Source: Owenia fusiformis
Lineage: Eukaryota
Direction: 5' to 3'
Assembly: GCA_903813345.2 (NCBI GenBank)
Contig: CAIIXF020000001.1
Location: 48,174,001 to 48,238,000, forward strand
DNA length: 64,000 nucleotides
Below the pieces are notes generated by a model. That model searched no databases and had not been told where the DNA came from. It saw only the letters and a program-made list of their open reading frames with translations. Numbering within the stretch: the first letter of the stretch is position 1; each line of letters starts with the position of its first letter. Below are positions 1 to 12,299 of this stretch, one piece after another. Position numbers and translations under genes: made by a program.

Positions 1-600
1 GCATTATTCAACCATTATAGAATACACTCAGTTTGTTCTCAATGACATTAATAGACATACAAATCAGAAATGCAATTTAACTGACTGTTAATGTTATATC
101 CATATTGATAATTGTCAATTTAACTGTCATTATTCTCCTATTATAGAATACATTCAGTTTATTCTCCATGACATTAATTGACATGCAAATCAGAAATGCA
201 ATTTTAACTGGCTGTTAATGTTATATCCATATTGATAATTGTCAATTTAACTGCCATTATTCACCTATTATAGAATACATTCAGTTGTCAATTTAACTGC
301 CATTATTCACCTATTATAGAATACATTCAGTTTATTCCCCATGACATTAATAGACATACAAATCAGAAATGCAATTTTAACTGACTGTTAATGTTATATC
401 CATTTTGGTAACTGTCAAATTAAATTATTGTCGAATTTATTGGCCAATAAGGCTCAACATTATCCTGTTATCCAACTATATAGAATACATTCAGTTTATT
501 CTCCATGACATTAACAGATTAATAATAGACATACAAATTAGAAATGCAATTTAACTGACTGTTAATGTTAAATGGTTATCCATATTGATTGATAATTATC
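1..600. repeat. Degenerate ~125-bp minisatellite (about 4-5 units plus a ~45-bp partial unit), probably internal to the adjacent transposon
   Basis: Recurring unit CATTATTCxCCTATTATAGAATACATTCAGTTT...GACATACAAATCAGAAATGCAATTT...CATATTGATAATTGTCAATTTAACTG at about 2, 128, 256, 301 and 480. Confidence 0.85.
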
Positions 601-605
601 AAGTT

Positions 606-2557
606 TTATCTGCCAATAAGTCTTGGCATTATACACCTATTATAGAATGCATTCAGTTTTTTTAATAAACCTTGCCAAAAATCTAGATCCCTTGTGATTC
701 TTTTGACTAAAATTCCCTTGGTGCTATATAAAACAAAGTCACACCATTCAACCTCCATGATAGCCATTTGCATTTGAATTTGGTAAAACCATGCTGATGA
801 TTTTTTCAAACTTAAATTTTTGTTCTCATATGTGCATTCATAGTTTGATTTAGAAGAGAGTGCACTTTCAAGTTTTTCATAAGCAAATTTATAAGAACAC
901 TTTATCTCAAGAGCACCTGTGCCACAACAATCACATTTGACAATACCATCTGGACTTGCTCCCATATGAGGGTATTGCCTGTTGATAACAAGCCCAGAAT
1001 CTTTAACAGAAAATTTAGTATGTTTTTTACTTTCACTTTGCACATACAAATGCCGGGCAGTTTTCTCATGTGCTTTTCCAAATTCTAGGCTTTTTACACT
1101 GAAATCCACACTGGCTTTATTCATTATACCCTTTGCAATATAATTGTCCTTATTCATGAGAGTGTTCTCAGTGGCGTTTGCAACCTTTTTAGCAATAGAT
1201 GCCGTTATCCTCCCTTCACGGTATTTAAACCAGTCAGATGATTGGGATTGTTCAATGGAGCAATCAAAAACATCACTTATATAATCCTTTGTTGTCTCTT
1301 GATGAAGAGTCCTCATAATTTTTTCTTCACTCAGAGGTCTGTCAATAGAATCAACTATCTCAAACACACTTTTCGGATTTTCGGATTCAGAGAAATCTTC
1401 GCTGTCATCATAATCGATGGCCATACATGAGTCTGTACCTTTTATTAATTTGAGAAAATCATTGTTCACTTCACTTTTCTTGGAAGGGCTAAGGGGACGA
1501 AAGGGTACATAACTGTCACATGTTGGCTTTTTTGATGGTTTTTGTGAATCGTTACGAATGTCAATACTGTCCCAATATTCAGGTTTGCTGCGCTTTCTTG
1601 GGACAGTCCAGGCACATGGTATGTCAGTGCATACCTCTGTATTCCTATCCTCGTTACGTGTGACAAAATCATGGAGAGAGAACAGCATCGCTGCAATGTG
1701 CTTACAACTTCCATCACCCCTGCAAGTAGAAATAAACAATTTTTAATAACAAACAGAACATGTATATCTATAATGTGCACCATATTTATTAAACAATTTA
1801 TTATTGCCTGTTAGTGTTACTGATTTATTTCTGATTTCACTATACATCTATCTTCATGTAATGTACCATTTTTACTGAGTGACGCCATTTTATTTTCACA
1901 GCATATTGCATGTTACTGATTAATTTAAGATCTTAAATTTATTACTATTAATCAAGTGATGACTTTATCTACTTACGCAACGCAATGGCATCCAGCAGAT
2001 TTGACAGTCCCAGAACTCTCCAAAAGAATAAACAGCTTGTATGGGTCCTCACTCAGCGAAGTTTGGCGCACACATTCAGCTTTAACATATACATGATCAT
2101 GTGTCAATGATGTCATTTTTACGCCTGTAATGTGGCGATCTGTAAACAGTTTATATCCATTATCTTTGGTGTAGTTCGCCAATCTACTAGCATTCCAACA
2201 ACAAACTGTTTGAAGATAATGGAAACAATGTGACAATTCAATGTCTGGAAGATGTTTCAGATCAGTGTCCCACTCCCTAATTCGATCGGGATCCTCAAAA
2301 ATTACCGATTTCCCATCGATTTCTACTGTTCTTCTTGACTCAGTTGAAAACATGTCTTCATTTACTTCTGGATTTTTTTCAAGCTGAATTTCCTCCGCCA
2401 ATTTAGCCAATCCGACTAGCATATCTCGTCTGTAGTCGGACGTTGATACTTCTCTTTGTTTGAGAAAGTCTTTTAGCTGCGATACCGTCATTTTGTCAAG
2501 ATTTTCGCTCATATTTCCAGATTTTGTCAACATTTTATTCGAAAAGTTGTCCGCCAT
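606..2557 (-). CDS. SAP-like + SWIM zinc finger + YqaJ/lambda-exonuclease (PD-(D/E)xK) protein, ~564 aa, join(complement 1977..2557, 606..1719); typical accessory protein of ISL2EU-type transposons
   Basis: The GC|GTAAGT donor at 1976 and TTGCAG| acceptor at 1720 join the two ORFs in frame and rebuild the SWIM motif CHCVAGDGSCKH. N-terminal MTVSQLKDFLKQR is SAP-like. YqaJ motifs: QSQSSDWFKYREGRITAS, FGKAHE, GASPDG, LEIKC, YQIQMQM. First ATG at 2557. Confidence 0.85.
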
Positions 2558-5500
2558 ATTGAAGCTATGGAAACCGCTATCGACCAATGAAATTATCGCA
2601 ACGTGACCTATGACGTTGTGTTTGGCGGACCAATAGAAAATTGTCCATTTTATCGTGTTGCATTGCGGGAAATATTTATGTTAATGACCAGTAATTTCTT
2701 AACGCGAATAGGACTATTGGAACGAACCTATATCAAAACTGTCCAATTCAGTACTTTATGATGAAGTTTATTATAAATGTATACGATTGATGAATGTCCT
2801 GACCATAATATGTGGTTGATTCCCTCACTTTCAAACCTCAATCCTCCAGCCTCCCTTGAATAAATCTTCTACAAGTTATGCCTTTCTACAATATTCAACA
2901 GATTAAGAAGAATTTAAAAGCAATGTAAAATGGCTAAGTAGTAAATAAATGTTAGGGATGTTAAAAAAATTCATAATTTATTTCAGCTATAAAACAAGAA
3001 AGAAAGAGAGTGATTACGAAGTTCACTTTTACCAGGGGCAGTCCAGTCTTTCATTTAGCTCTTGCCAAAAGTTTCGGAAATATTACCCTAATAAAAACTT
3101 ACTGAATATTTATAGACTTCTAATGATAATGTTCACTCACATACCCCAATATTGCATGTTTTTATAACCAACCTCTCTTTGATTAAAACTCAATTCAGCC
3201 CATTTGCATCAATCATTGGACAGATGAAACCACATAGTCCAGACTGGCAATTGGTCCTTAACAATAACCCCACTGTTTACTCACCATTATTTTGATGTAG
3301 ATTTATCTGTCCACTTGGTAGGTCAATTTCAATTAACCTTTGAGGTGAAAAAAACAAAAAGAGCACTTATAGAGAGTATCTACAGATTGGATAGCCTTGT
3401 TGGCTGGTTAATTGGCCCGTTTACCTGGCTTATCCATGTCATAATTAAAGAAACCATCACATCTGCCATGTATACTCCTCTTGATATGTTGAACAATGTG
3501 ATTAGAAATCTATTTTCTAATTCTAAGATAAATTTTATATGTTCTTAATGAAAAACATCCAAACTCAGATTTCATCAGTTTCCAAATGAAGATTTTTCAT
3601 CTTTCCTCATGACGATTACAATTACTCTCATAAGTTCTGGAATCTCTTTGTTGTTCATATTCCCATTTTTTATTTTAGTAGACCAAATGGTATATAATGG
3701 AAAGTTTCAATTACATCATATAGTCAGAGCACTCGTTGGCTTTCTTTGGTTGGTATGAAATAGCTTAGGCAAGTCAAGATGCACAAATCTGTCTATATTG
3801 CCAGTAAAAACCAGACTCAGTACAGAAAAAACTGAAATCAAATGTTGTTTTTTGCTACTATCTTCTCTGCTTCTCTTGTCACTTTTGGCACATGAAACAT
3901 TCCTAGTTCAAAACCATTTCAGAAGTCATTATGACTTATCCATTCAAGATAGACAACATCTTTATTTCTAAAAAACAGTTCGGTCATCTGACCGATCTGG
4001 AGTCCTCTGATTGGTTATTTTTGATCACATGTTTTGAAAAGATTAGGAGGAGCAAGTCCTTATATAACAGACAGGTGATGTACAGTTCCAGTCTAATTGG
4101 AATTTGCACCAAGGATTTATAGTTCAGGAGATGTCTGATGGTGAAACAGGTGTATAACCATAGGGAACTCCACAATAGCTCCACTTTATTATTTCACATG
4201 TCAAACTGGTCCTATATAGTCTGTGATTTCCTGACTATGATATTTTATAAATTCCATATGAGAAATGTCTTATGCCATATGTATGCCCAGGTTTCAACTA
4301 CTATAGTGAAATCCATTACCCTGCGTGCAGAGTCTAGTTAAGCTACAGAAGCTCTCTTTTAAGAAGTGTAGTCAAACGAATGCAAAGGGTAGAAATCCAT
4401 CAGCAAACAAGACAATACTGTAGATGAAGACATCTTTTGGAGATGTGAAGCAAATCTCATTCATGGCGTAGGTCATCAATTACTGTCATGATCATTGTCA
4501 ATTTTTGTCTTTCCCAAAAGTGTCTAATTTTGACCAAGAGAAAGTTTCCCCAAAAAACCTCATCACTAGCTTCCTCTTTTATCTTGAAGTGATTTGTTTT
4601 CACCTTTTTATTTACAGTTGTCTACTTCACCTAGATTCATTTTGCCCATCTCTTCCCTAAAAGTTGTCTGCTTCTATATAAACAATCTATTTTCTCTCTT
4701 ACATTTGAATAAAGTACCTGATTTTCTGGCATTTTGTTACAATTAAGAATATGTATTTAATGTCAGAGTTCTTCAAGTCCCTGCTTGTTCCTATCTTTTT
4801 AGTTAATTTTAAGGTTGAAAATGTAGCCACCAGAACATTTGTTTAAGGGGTCTCTGTGATTGTGGTTTTATATCCAGGGCAGTTCAGACCCCCAACATGA
4901 CTAGAAAGCCAGATCAGGGTTATACTTAAGAGTTATGATATAAAAATGCCACCAACATTTCCCAGATGTAAACATTCATAAGTATCTGGACATGCTGACC
5001 TTATTAATGTAATCAGAATCTATAACTGCTACAGTTAACTGGTAATATTTTCAAACCAGTTAGAGATTTGATATGTTACACCTTTCATCCTCTTCCTAAC
5101 TGACATTACAATAAAGAAAGAAGTATGAGCAAACCACATCTACAATGTTCTGATATTATGGTGCTAATGATAAATCATCTAGCCTAAGTCAGAGGGAAAT
5201 ATTTTAGTGTCTTGGCTCAGGGTACATGTATAAATCACCTACAAGGGTTAATCCTTGAAGCATCATTTCTCTCTACAACATCTTGATCCATCAAGGTATT
5301 ACTGAAGGAATACACAGTATGTCTCCACAGTACACAAGTTCCTGAAATCTCTGGTATCTTACTGTGGTTTAGTCTACCAATGTCTGCTGCTGCATTTAGA
5401 TATTTTCTTCCACATCCCTATCAGATTTGAAGGAAAATTAAAATTTTGATGTTTTAATTAAACATGAAAACTTCATGACAAGAGTTATAAAAACCTATTA

Positions 5501-7732
5501 TAACATCAATTTGACTGCACAAGACGTACAGATTATGAGCAATTGATAAATTTCAGCAAGGGGGCTCAAAGACCAGAATGCATGGAGACCATGAAGTTGA
5601 TGAGATTCTAGGATTTTTTTATTTCAAAGATGGTCGATGAGTGTCAATCGGTTTGATGCATACATGACAATACGCACAACACACAGATAAAATACCACTA
5701 AACCGAGAAACGACAAGAATAAATTTGACATTTGTTAACCATCTTTAGCAAATTAAAAACAGTTGTTTATCTTTCATTGGAATTTAGCTTATCAAGACAA
5801 ACATTTTGGATTATACAATGGTAGCAATTCTGCACCCAGTATCTAATTCTTATCAAATTCATGATTACCCCTTGTTAGCAATATACCCTAGAGGTCACAT
5901 TTGCCTTTTATGTGAAATTCAATAAAAACAACAGAAATTAATGTGAAAAGAACCAGAAATTATGATAATTTCCTTGGAATATGCATTTGGCATGGGATCC
6001 TGGAAAATCATGCATTTCTTAAAGTTTTAAGAGAAAATTAAGCATTTCTTCAAGTTTAACAAGAAACTTTTACTGAAAATCCTAAAGGAAATTTAAAAGA
6101 TATTTAGCATTCATTTTTGAAGAATGAGCCCTAGCATTTTACAAGGGTGATCAATATCCACACAATGGATCTGGATAAATTCTATGAAGTTCATCTAGGT
6201 TCATCAAGGCATTTCATTTGAGTATATTGGTTGGAACAAGAAGGTAATGTTACAATTGCAAAGCCTGCTTCATGATTATGTCATATAAACATTTCTTCAA
6301 TTCCCAAAGTAATATGCCAGATTCCCCCACTCTGCTTAATAACATACCTAAACAACATGAAACATTCTACCATTTGCTTCTAGATTGCTTGCTCTTCCTG
6401 GTTCTGCTAGGTCACCTAGTTTTTACCTTCCTATCTACTGATCATTGGAAATTGTGGAAAATGGAAAAATAAGTTCCTAACTAAGCCAAGTAACATTTAC
6501 CCTTTTCAATCATTTCATTTTGCTTCTATAAATGAGAGCTTCATCTGCACTCTTAGAATGAGATAATCCTTTGCTCTGTCTTAACCAATCAGAAAAGGTT
6601 GATCAAAATTCAAATCCCAAATGACAAATACAGGCTAATTCTAATTACCCATCTGCTTAATACTTACATTTTGGAATGACCTGATTTGAGAACAGCAGGT
6701 GCCCATTTTAATTTTCAAATTCCATCAAAGGAAATTAATAGAATGAACGGACACTTGTGGTTTCACCTGAAGAAATACCTGAATGGATGATTATTCCATA
6801 ATTTTGATGTTAAATTTCATTTTTTTCTGGAAATTCATTATTATGTCACTCATAAAGCTGAAATTGTTCTAAAAGTTATGTCTCAGGCAATTAAAGATTG
6901 TTGTAACCCTAATAAAGTTGTTAATTTGTATCTGACTCCCAGGTCTAATCGCTATTGGGGCGCATAACTATATCAAAACTGACCAAAACTGACACTAAGC
7001 AAGCATAGATTATAATGTATTTTTCATTCAACATATTAAAAATAATGACCTTCGTTGACATTGCATTCAGGACTCAAAGAATATTTTTAGCTCTGGCGGC
7101 CTGATCTAGTATCGACCATATTCCATACCAACACTGGTGTCCAGGGACCTGGCCAAATTCTAAAATACCTGATTTCCAATAACCTCAACAGCTATGTTAT
7201 GAGCTAATCTTTACAATTTATGACTTGATAACGTACAACTATTTTGTTGAAATATGCTGAAAAAACATCATTCAAACCATAGGGTACATATCAAACGGGT
7301 TAGTTTGAATTAACTCTGGAAAAGATTGTTTTTGGCAGTTCAAAGAAGGAATCTGGGTGATCCATAGCTAACCATCATCAAATATGGTGTATTAATTTCA
7401 ATTAACTGATTAAGAGGCACATACCATATACAAAATCTAATTTAAAAAAGGCTTGATCTTTGATATCAAATCCAAGGGGAAAATTCATAAAACATTGCTC
7501 TAGACTCAACTTTCTGAAACCCTTATCAAAAAAGCATATTATAAGCACTCTTACTGAATTTTATACAGTGATAAAATGAAATGTTTAAAAAAGACTTTTG
7601 GAGAATAATTTCCATTTTACCTTGATATTTATGCATAAACATGAGGTGTCTACCCATAATCCTCAAGGTTTCTCATTTTATGCAAGCCAGTCAGGTTAAA
7701 GTCTGAGTAACTTAATTATCATTACATGTATA

Positions 7733-7909
7733 CAGTAAAACCTGTCTTAGTGAACACCTCTCTCTAGTGAACACCTGTCTCTAATAAAATTCCTTCCTCC
7801 ACACATACTCATCTGACTTCTGTATAAATTACCCTCTCTGTAGGGAACACACACCAACACTGAATGTTTTTACTTCGCAAAAAATGTTCAATACACACAG
7901 GTTTTACTG
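7733..7909. mobile_element. pogo/Tigger-like MITE
   Basis: TA|CAGTAAAACCTGT...ACAGGTTTTACTG|TA: terminal inverted repeats with TA target duplication. Confidence 0.75.
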
Positions 7910-10212
7910 TATATACTTTTCTTGGATATGATAAAAGGATCTCAAAGATACACCTATCTTCATGATTAAAAATAATCATAATTCAAGAAAACTGTCTGAA
8001 ATACTTGTAGTTTGCAATAACCTATGTAGCTCTTTCTCAGTAAGTGATTTACAAATTTCTATGAAAGTTTAGGTGCTTATTGGTAATATTGGAAAATGAA
8101 TTCGATTTAGCATGTTAAAAGTTCAGCTTTTCACAATGAAGGAAAAATTATTATTATCATTTAAATATTATTTTAAGAACAACTAGTAGCTGATTTTTCT
8201 ACAAGAATTTACATCAGAGATACAGCTTTCATTTTTATTGGCAAAACCATACAAGACAGGTGATATTTCATATGACTCACTGTTTGTATTTCTATTTAAA
8301 TAATATAATTACTACTTTAAAGACAAGTACTTCCTCCATCTATATAATTACAATATCGCAATATAACATAACAGTACAAATGGCGGTGGTTTACTTCTGG
8401 GCTGAATTCAAATAATTGTCCAGTATTGAATACTAAATGTCACAGGCAAAGACCAAAATGTAACACCTCCTTAAGGTTCATGGAACTACTGCTACTGACC
8501 TGCATTTTTAATTGTGAAATACTTCTTTTTTATTGGAGGTAAGATACTAAGGGTCCCAAGCTACACATTTTCAAGATTGATTCAAGTAACAGTATTTATA
8601 TTAAGAATCATTAGGGTACAAGCAGAGGTTTATCTTAAAATATCATATCCAGTAAAACAGTGAACAGTGTACAAAAGTGTTCATTGTGTTCACTACATAG
8701 GGGCAGTTTTATATGGAAGACAACTCAGAGTATGTGCTGAGAAGGGATGTTCATTAGACAAGGGTGTTCACAAGAGTTGTTCACTAAAGACATGTTTCAA
8801 TTTATTAATAAATTTAACTGAACATAAACATCTAACGCAATGATCTCCTTACTGAATTGAACACAATTTAGCTTGCTTAGTACCATAATACCTCCCCTTC
8901 CCTTCCCTTCCTATGGGAGAACAAAATGGGAGTCATATAAATGACTTGAAGTCTGAAAGATGTTTGTCAGGCTGGCAGCATGCTTAACCCAATGAAAATA
9001 CAGTCATGATTAATCTGATGAATCATTGTAAAAAATATCAATTAACAATGCCATCATGGTTAACATATCGATGTATTAGGTTACCATGGTAATCACTCTC
9101 TTGGTGTCATTATGGCATAATCTAAATTATAAAACATGAACCAGGAAATATTGAGGATGGGCTAGTGTCTTTAATGTATTGTAATTACAATATTCATCCA
9201 GAACATATTTCCCATTGATTTCCTGATCGTATCTGTGTATATAGAACATCCAATTTATTTTGTGGATTTAGTTTTAGCTCCGAGTTAGATGTAATATTTT
9301 ATCCCTAAAATGTGTCCTTTTGATGAAGAGAGATCAATGAATGTGAAACCATAGACACCAAGATGAGATATATGTTGCTATGGCAACTTCATTACAGAAG
9401 CATAATGATCACATGTTCTCATTAACCTAGCAAATAAACAAACAAAAAAATGATGATGGAACAAGAACAAAGCAGATCAAATCTACAGAATACATGTTTT
9501 TATGCATTCTTCATGTTATTGTATGACAATGACCCATATAGTATGTGACACCACAGCAATCACTTGACAATGATGTGGTCCAAACAACAATTATAGCCTA
9601 AAAGGCTTAACCCATACATCTTTAATCATCAATGTTGATGAAATAACCATCTCTATAATCACACAATGATTTGTATATCATGATTACAACAAAAATGCCC
9701 TACTTACTGAATTAACATTACTAACCATAGCTGGCGTTGGTATCTAAAGTACTCTAGAGATACTCCAATATCTGCTTCTACTTTCCATATAATCCAACAC
9801 TGTACGGCAAAAACACCAACGTTACATGTAAATGTCTACCAATTTCTACTGATTCATTCAGCAAGGAAGCAATTAGTGAAATTTGTATAACATTTATTCT
9901 TTACTGTAGACACTCGATACGAATACACAGACAGAAAAATTGATTGGTATTTCAAGTGGGATAGAAGGATTAGCAATAATCCATAGAGGTTTGGCAGCAC
10001 TGAAAGGGCTCTAGGGAATAGGCTGTCGATTCAAGGAAGTTATTATACAAGCTTTATAGAAAATTAAACGATTTGTATTTGGGTATAATATGTCAATACC
10101 AGGCTAGGAGTACATGTATACAAACATGTATATGAAACCGAATCATTCAAAAATAAAAATAACTTATTTTTATATATTTGAAATCATCATAATATTTAAT
10201 ACATAAAAAGTA

Positions 10213-10553
10213 GTTATTTACCAGGAGGGATTTGATATGGGGTCACAAGGATCAATATTTCCCGAGGGAACGCAGTGATCGAGGGTCAAGACCATGTAAG
10301 AGCAAAACTGATTTTTGAAAAAATGAAAAATTTTGAAAAAATGAAAACATTATTTCGGAAAATGAAAAATTTTGAAAAAATGTTTTTTTTGAAAAAATAA
10401 ATTTTTGGGGAAAAAATGTAAAAATTTTGAATTTACCCGGGATGGTATCAATATCAACCCTGATATCATCTCTCTAATGATATCGTCCCTGTCCTAAATA
10501 TGTGATTTATCACTTGCTATTATATACCTGATATTGTTCTGACCATGGTATAA
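10213..10553. repeat. Unclassified non-autonomous interspersed element; its 3' part recurs at ~51860-51936
   Basis: GTGATTTATxACTTGCTxTTATAxACCTGATxTTGxxCTGACCATGGTATA is shared between ~10500-10552 and ~51885-51936. The interior is low-complexity and A-rich. Confidence 0.5.
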
Positions 10554-12299
10554 TTTTATATATAAATTAGCAAATCAAAAACAGTCAGGGCTAGCCAGTT
10601 TTATACAGTGTTGATTAATGATGTCATAAACAAGAGGTTTGATTGCTAAAAAAATATAAGCCTACAACTTCCGCAAGTCAAGTATTCTTCACATTTGACT
10701 TATATTTGACACCTATTTGCTCAGAATTTAAAAGTATTCTGTTGGACTACTGCACTACTTGAATCTCTCTCTTTCATAAAATACTCAACTTATTTAAAAG
10801 TATTTAGGATTTTATATTGCAGATAGATTTCAATCTAGGTTTTCTGATTATTGAAGACGTTAAGCTATGTATGTAACATCTGTATATCTGGGTAGCCATC
10901 TAATATTATGAAAATTCATTCTTCAAGTGCCAGTTGACTTCATATTTCATACTTAACATTCAGGTAGGTTTCATGCATCATTAACTCTGAATTTTAAAAA
11001 TACATCTGAAAGTAATATACCATCATGGGTGGTATTACATATTTCTGTGTTAAAAAATTGCAGTTGACCAACATTTATAAGAATTCAATCCACTGGATTA
11101 TCTTAAAAAATTGAAAAACTTTCTTACCAGTCTCAAGTAACTGAGTAAAGTATCTTTAAAACAATATCAATTTCATCAGGTTTAACATTTAGTGTATGAT
11201 TCAGACCTCTTGCTACATGGTTTAATAAAAACTCACTGGTAGTCTATTTTCACACCAGTGACATCTATCTAGCAGAAAAGAAGTCAAATCTAGAATGCAG
11301 TTTAAAAGTGTAGTAATCTGTTTATCAAATATATATTCAAATAATATTGTGACTCTTTTTCAGTTTCATTTTTATCATATGACTCTTACTATTGTACAGT
11401 AGTAGTATTCAACTTAGACGAGTTTCTCTATTCACGTACAGTCAATAGGCAAAGCTACAACCTAAGAGTCTTAAGATTAGATGAGATAATTCAGAGCCTT
11501 AACTTACATATAAGGTGCACCATGTTTATTATATTTGTTAGCCCCCTTTCTTCATTAATCACCATAAAACCAGAATTAACATAAAATAATTATGAAAAAA
11601 TCATCAATTGGCATAATACCAGAATTAACATAAAATAATTATAAAAAATGCATCTTTATTTATCCAACCATATGAAAACACGTGTATAATAAACACAGGT
11701 CACACATAATGATTATGAATCATCTTTAAACAATGGATTAACTAGAGGGCCCTTTATATTTGCTTAAAAGTTTAACATTGATCTCCTATATGCTGGTTAC
11801 ATATAATATTTTCAATATATGTACTTAGTAAATGCTGATGAAATGCTGCCAATATACTGACTCAGAACATATAGTATAAATACAGCAAGCACATGCACAT
11901 TTAGGCCTGCAGAGACGTATATTAAAACTAGTTAGACTTGATACACAGACCACTTGAAGAGAAACAGGTAAGATATGTTTAATATCAATGTCATAGAAAC
12001 ACTAAGGAGTAAGGTAACTTGGAAATAGAGTTTTTCTTTTTTAACTTAGTCACATCATGCATTTGATGTAAGTTGTATTATATGTATGAATTCAACTATT
12101 ATTTTATTCATTTATTAATGTTTCCTATAATTATATAATATTGAATTTCAAACATAAAAAAATAGTTAGAATCTATGAACCATAAAACCTAAAAAATACA
12201 TATTTCCGAGTTCCATATCAAATATGCATATACATGTACATCATGTATTTAATTTTTATTCATGTTTGCATTTTTATTTTTTAAGACACAGATACTACG

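Larger units (their letters stand above)
1..2715 (-). mobile_element. Right-hand portion of a probable ISL2EU (PIF/Harbinger-related) DNA transposon; the transposase would lie left of the window
   Basis: SWIM-YqaJ gene content plus a candidate terminus ...CGCGAATAGGACT|AT at 2715-2717. The other end is not in the window, so the boundary is inferred. Confidence 0.5.

Noticed and set aside
2720..6500. Coding-like composition suggesting a decayed transposon or pseudogene
   Set aside because: The frames I examined were mostly short or interrupted and I found no recognisable motif. A translated search (tblastx or HMM against TE libraries) would be needed.
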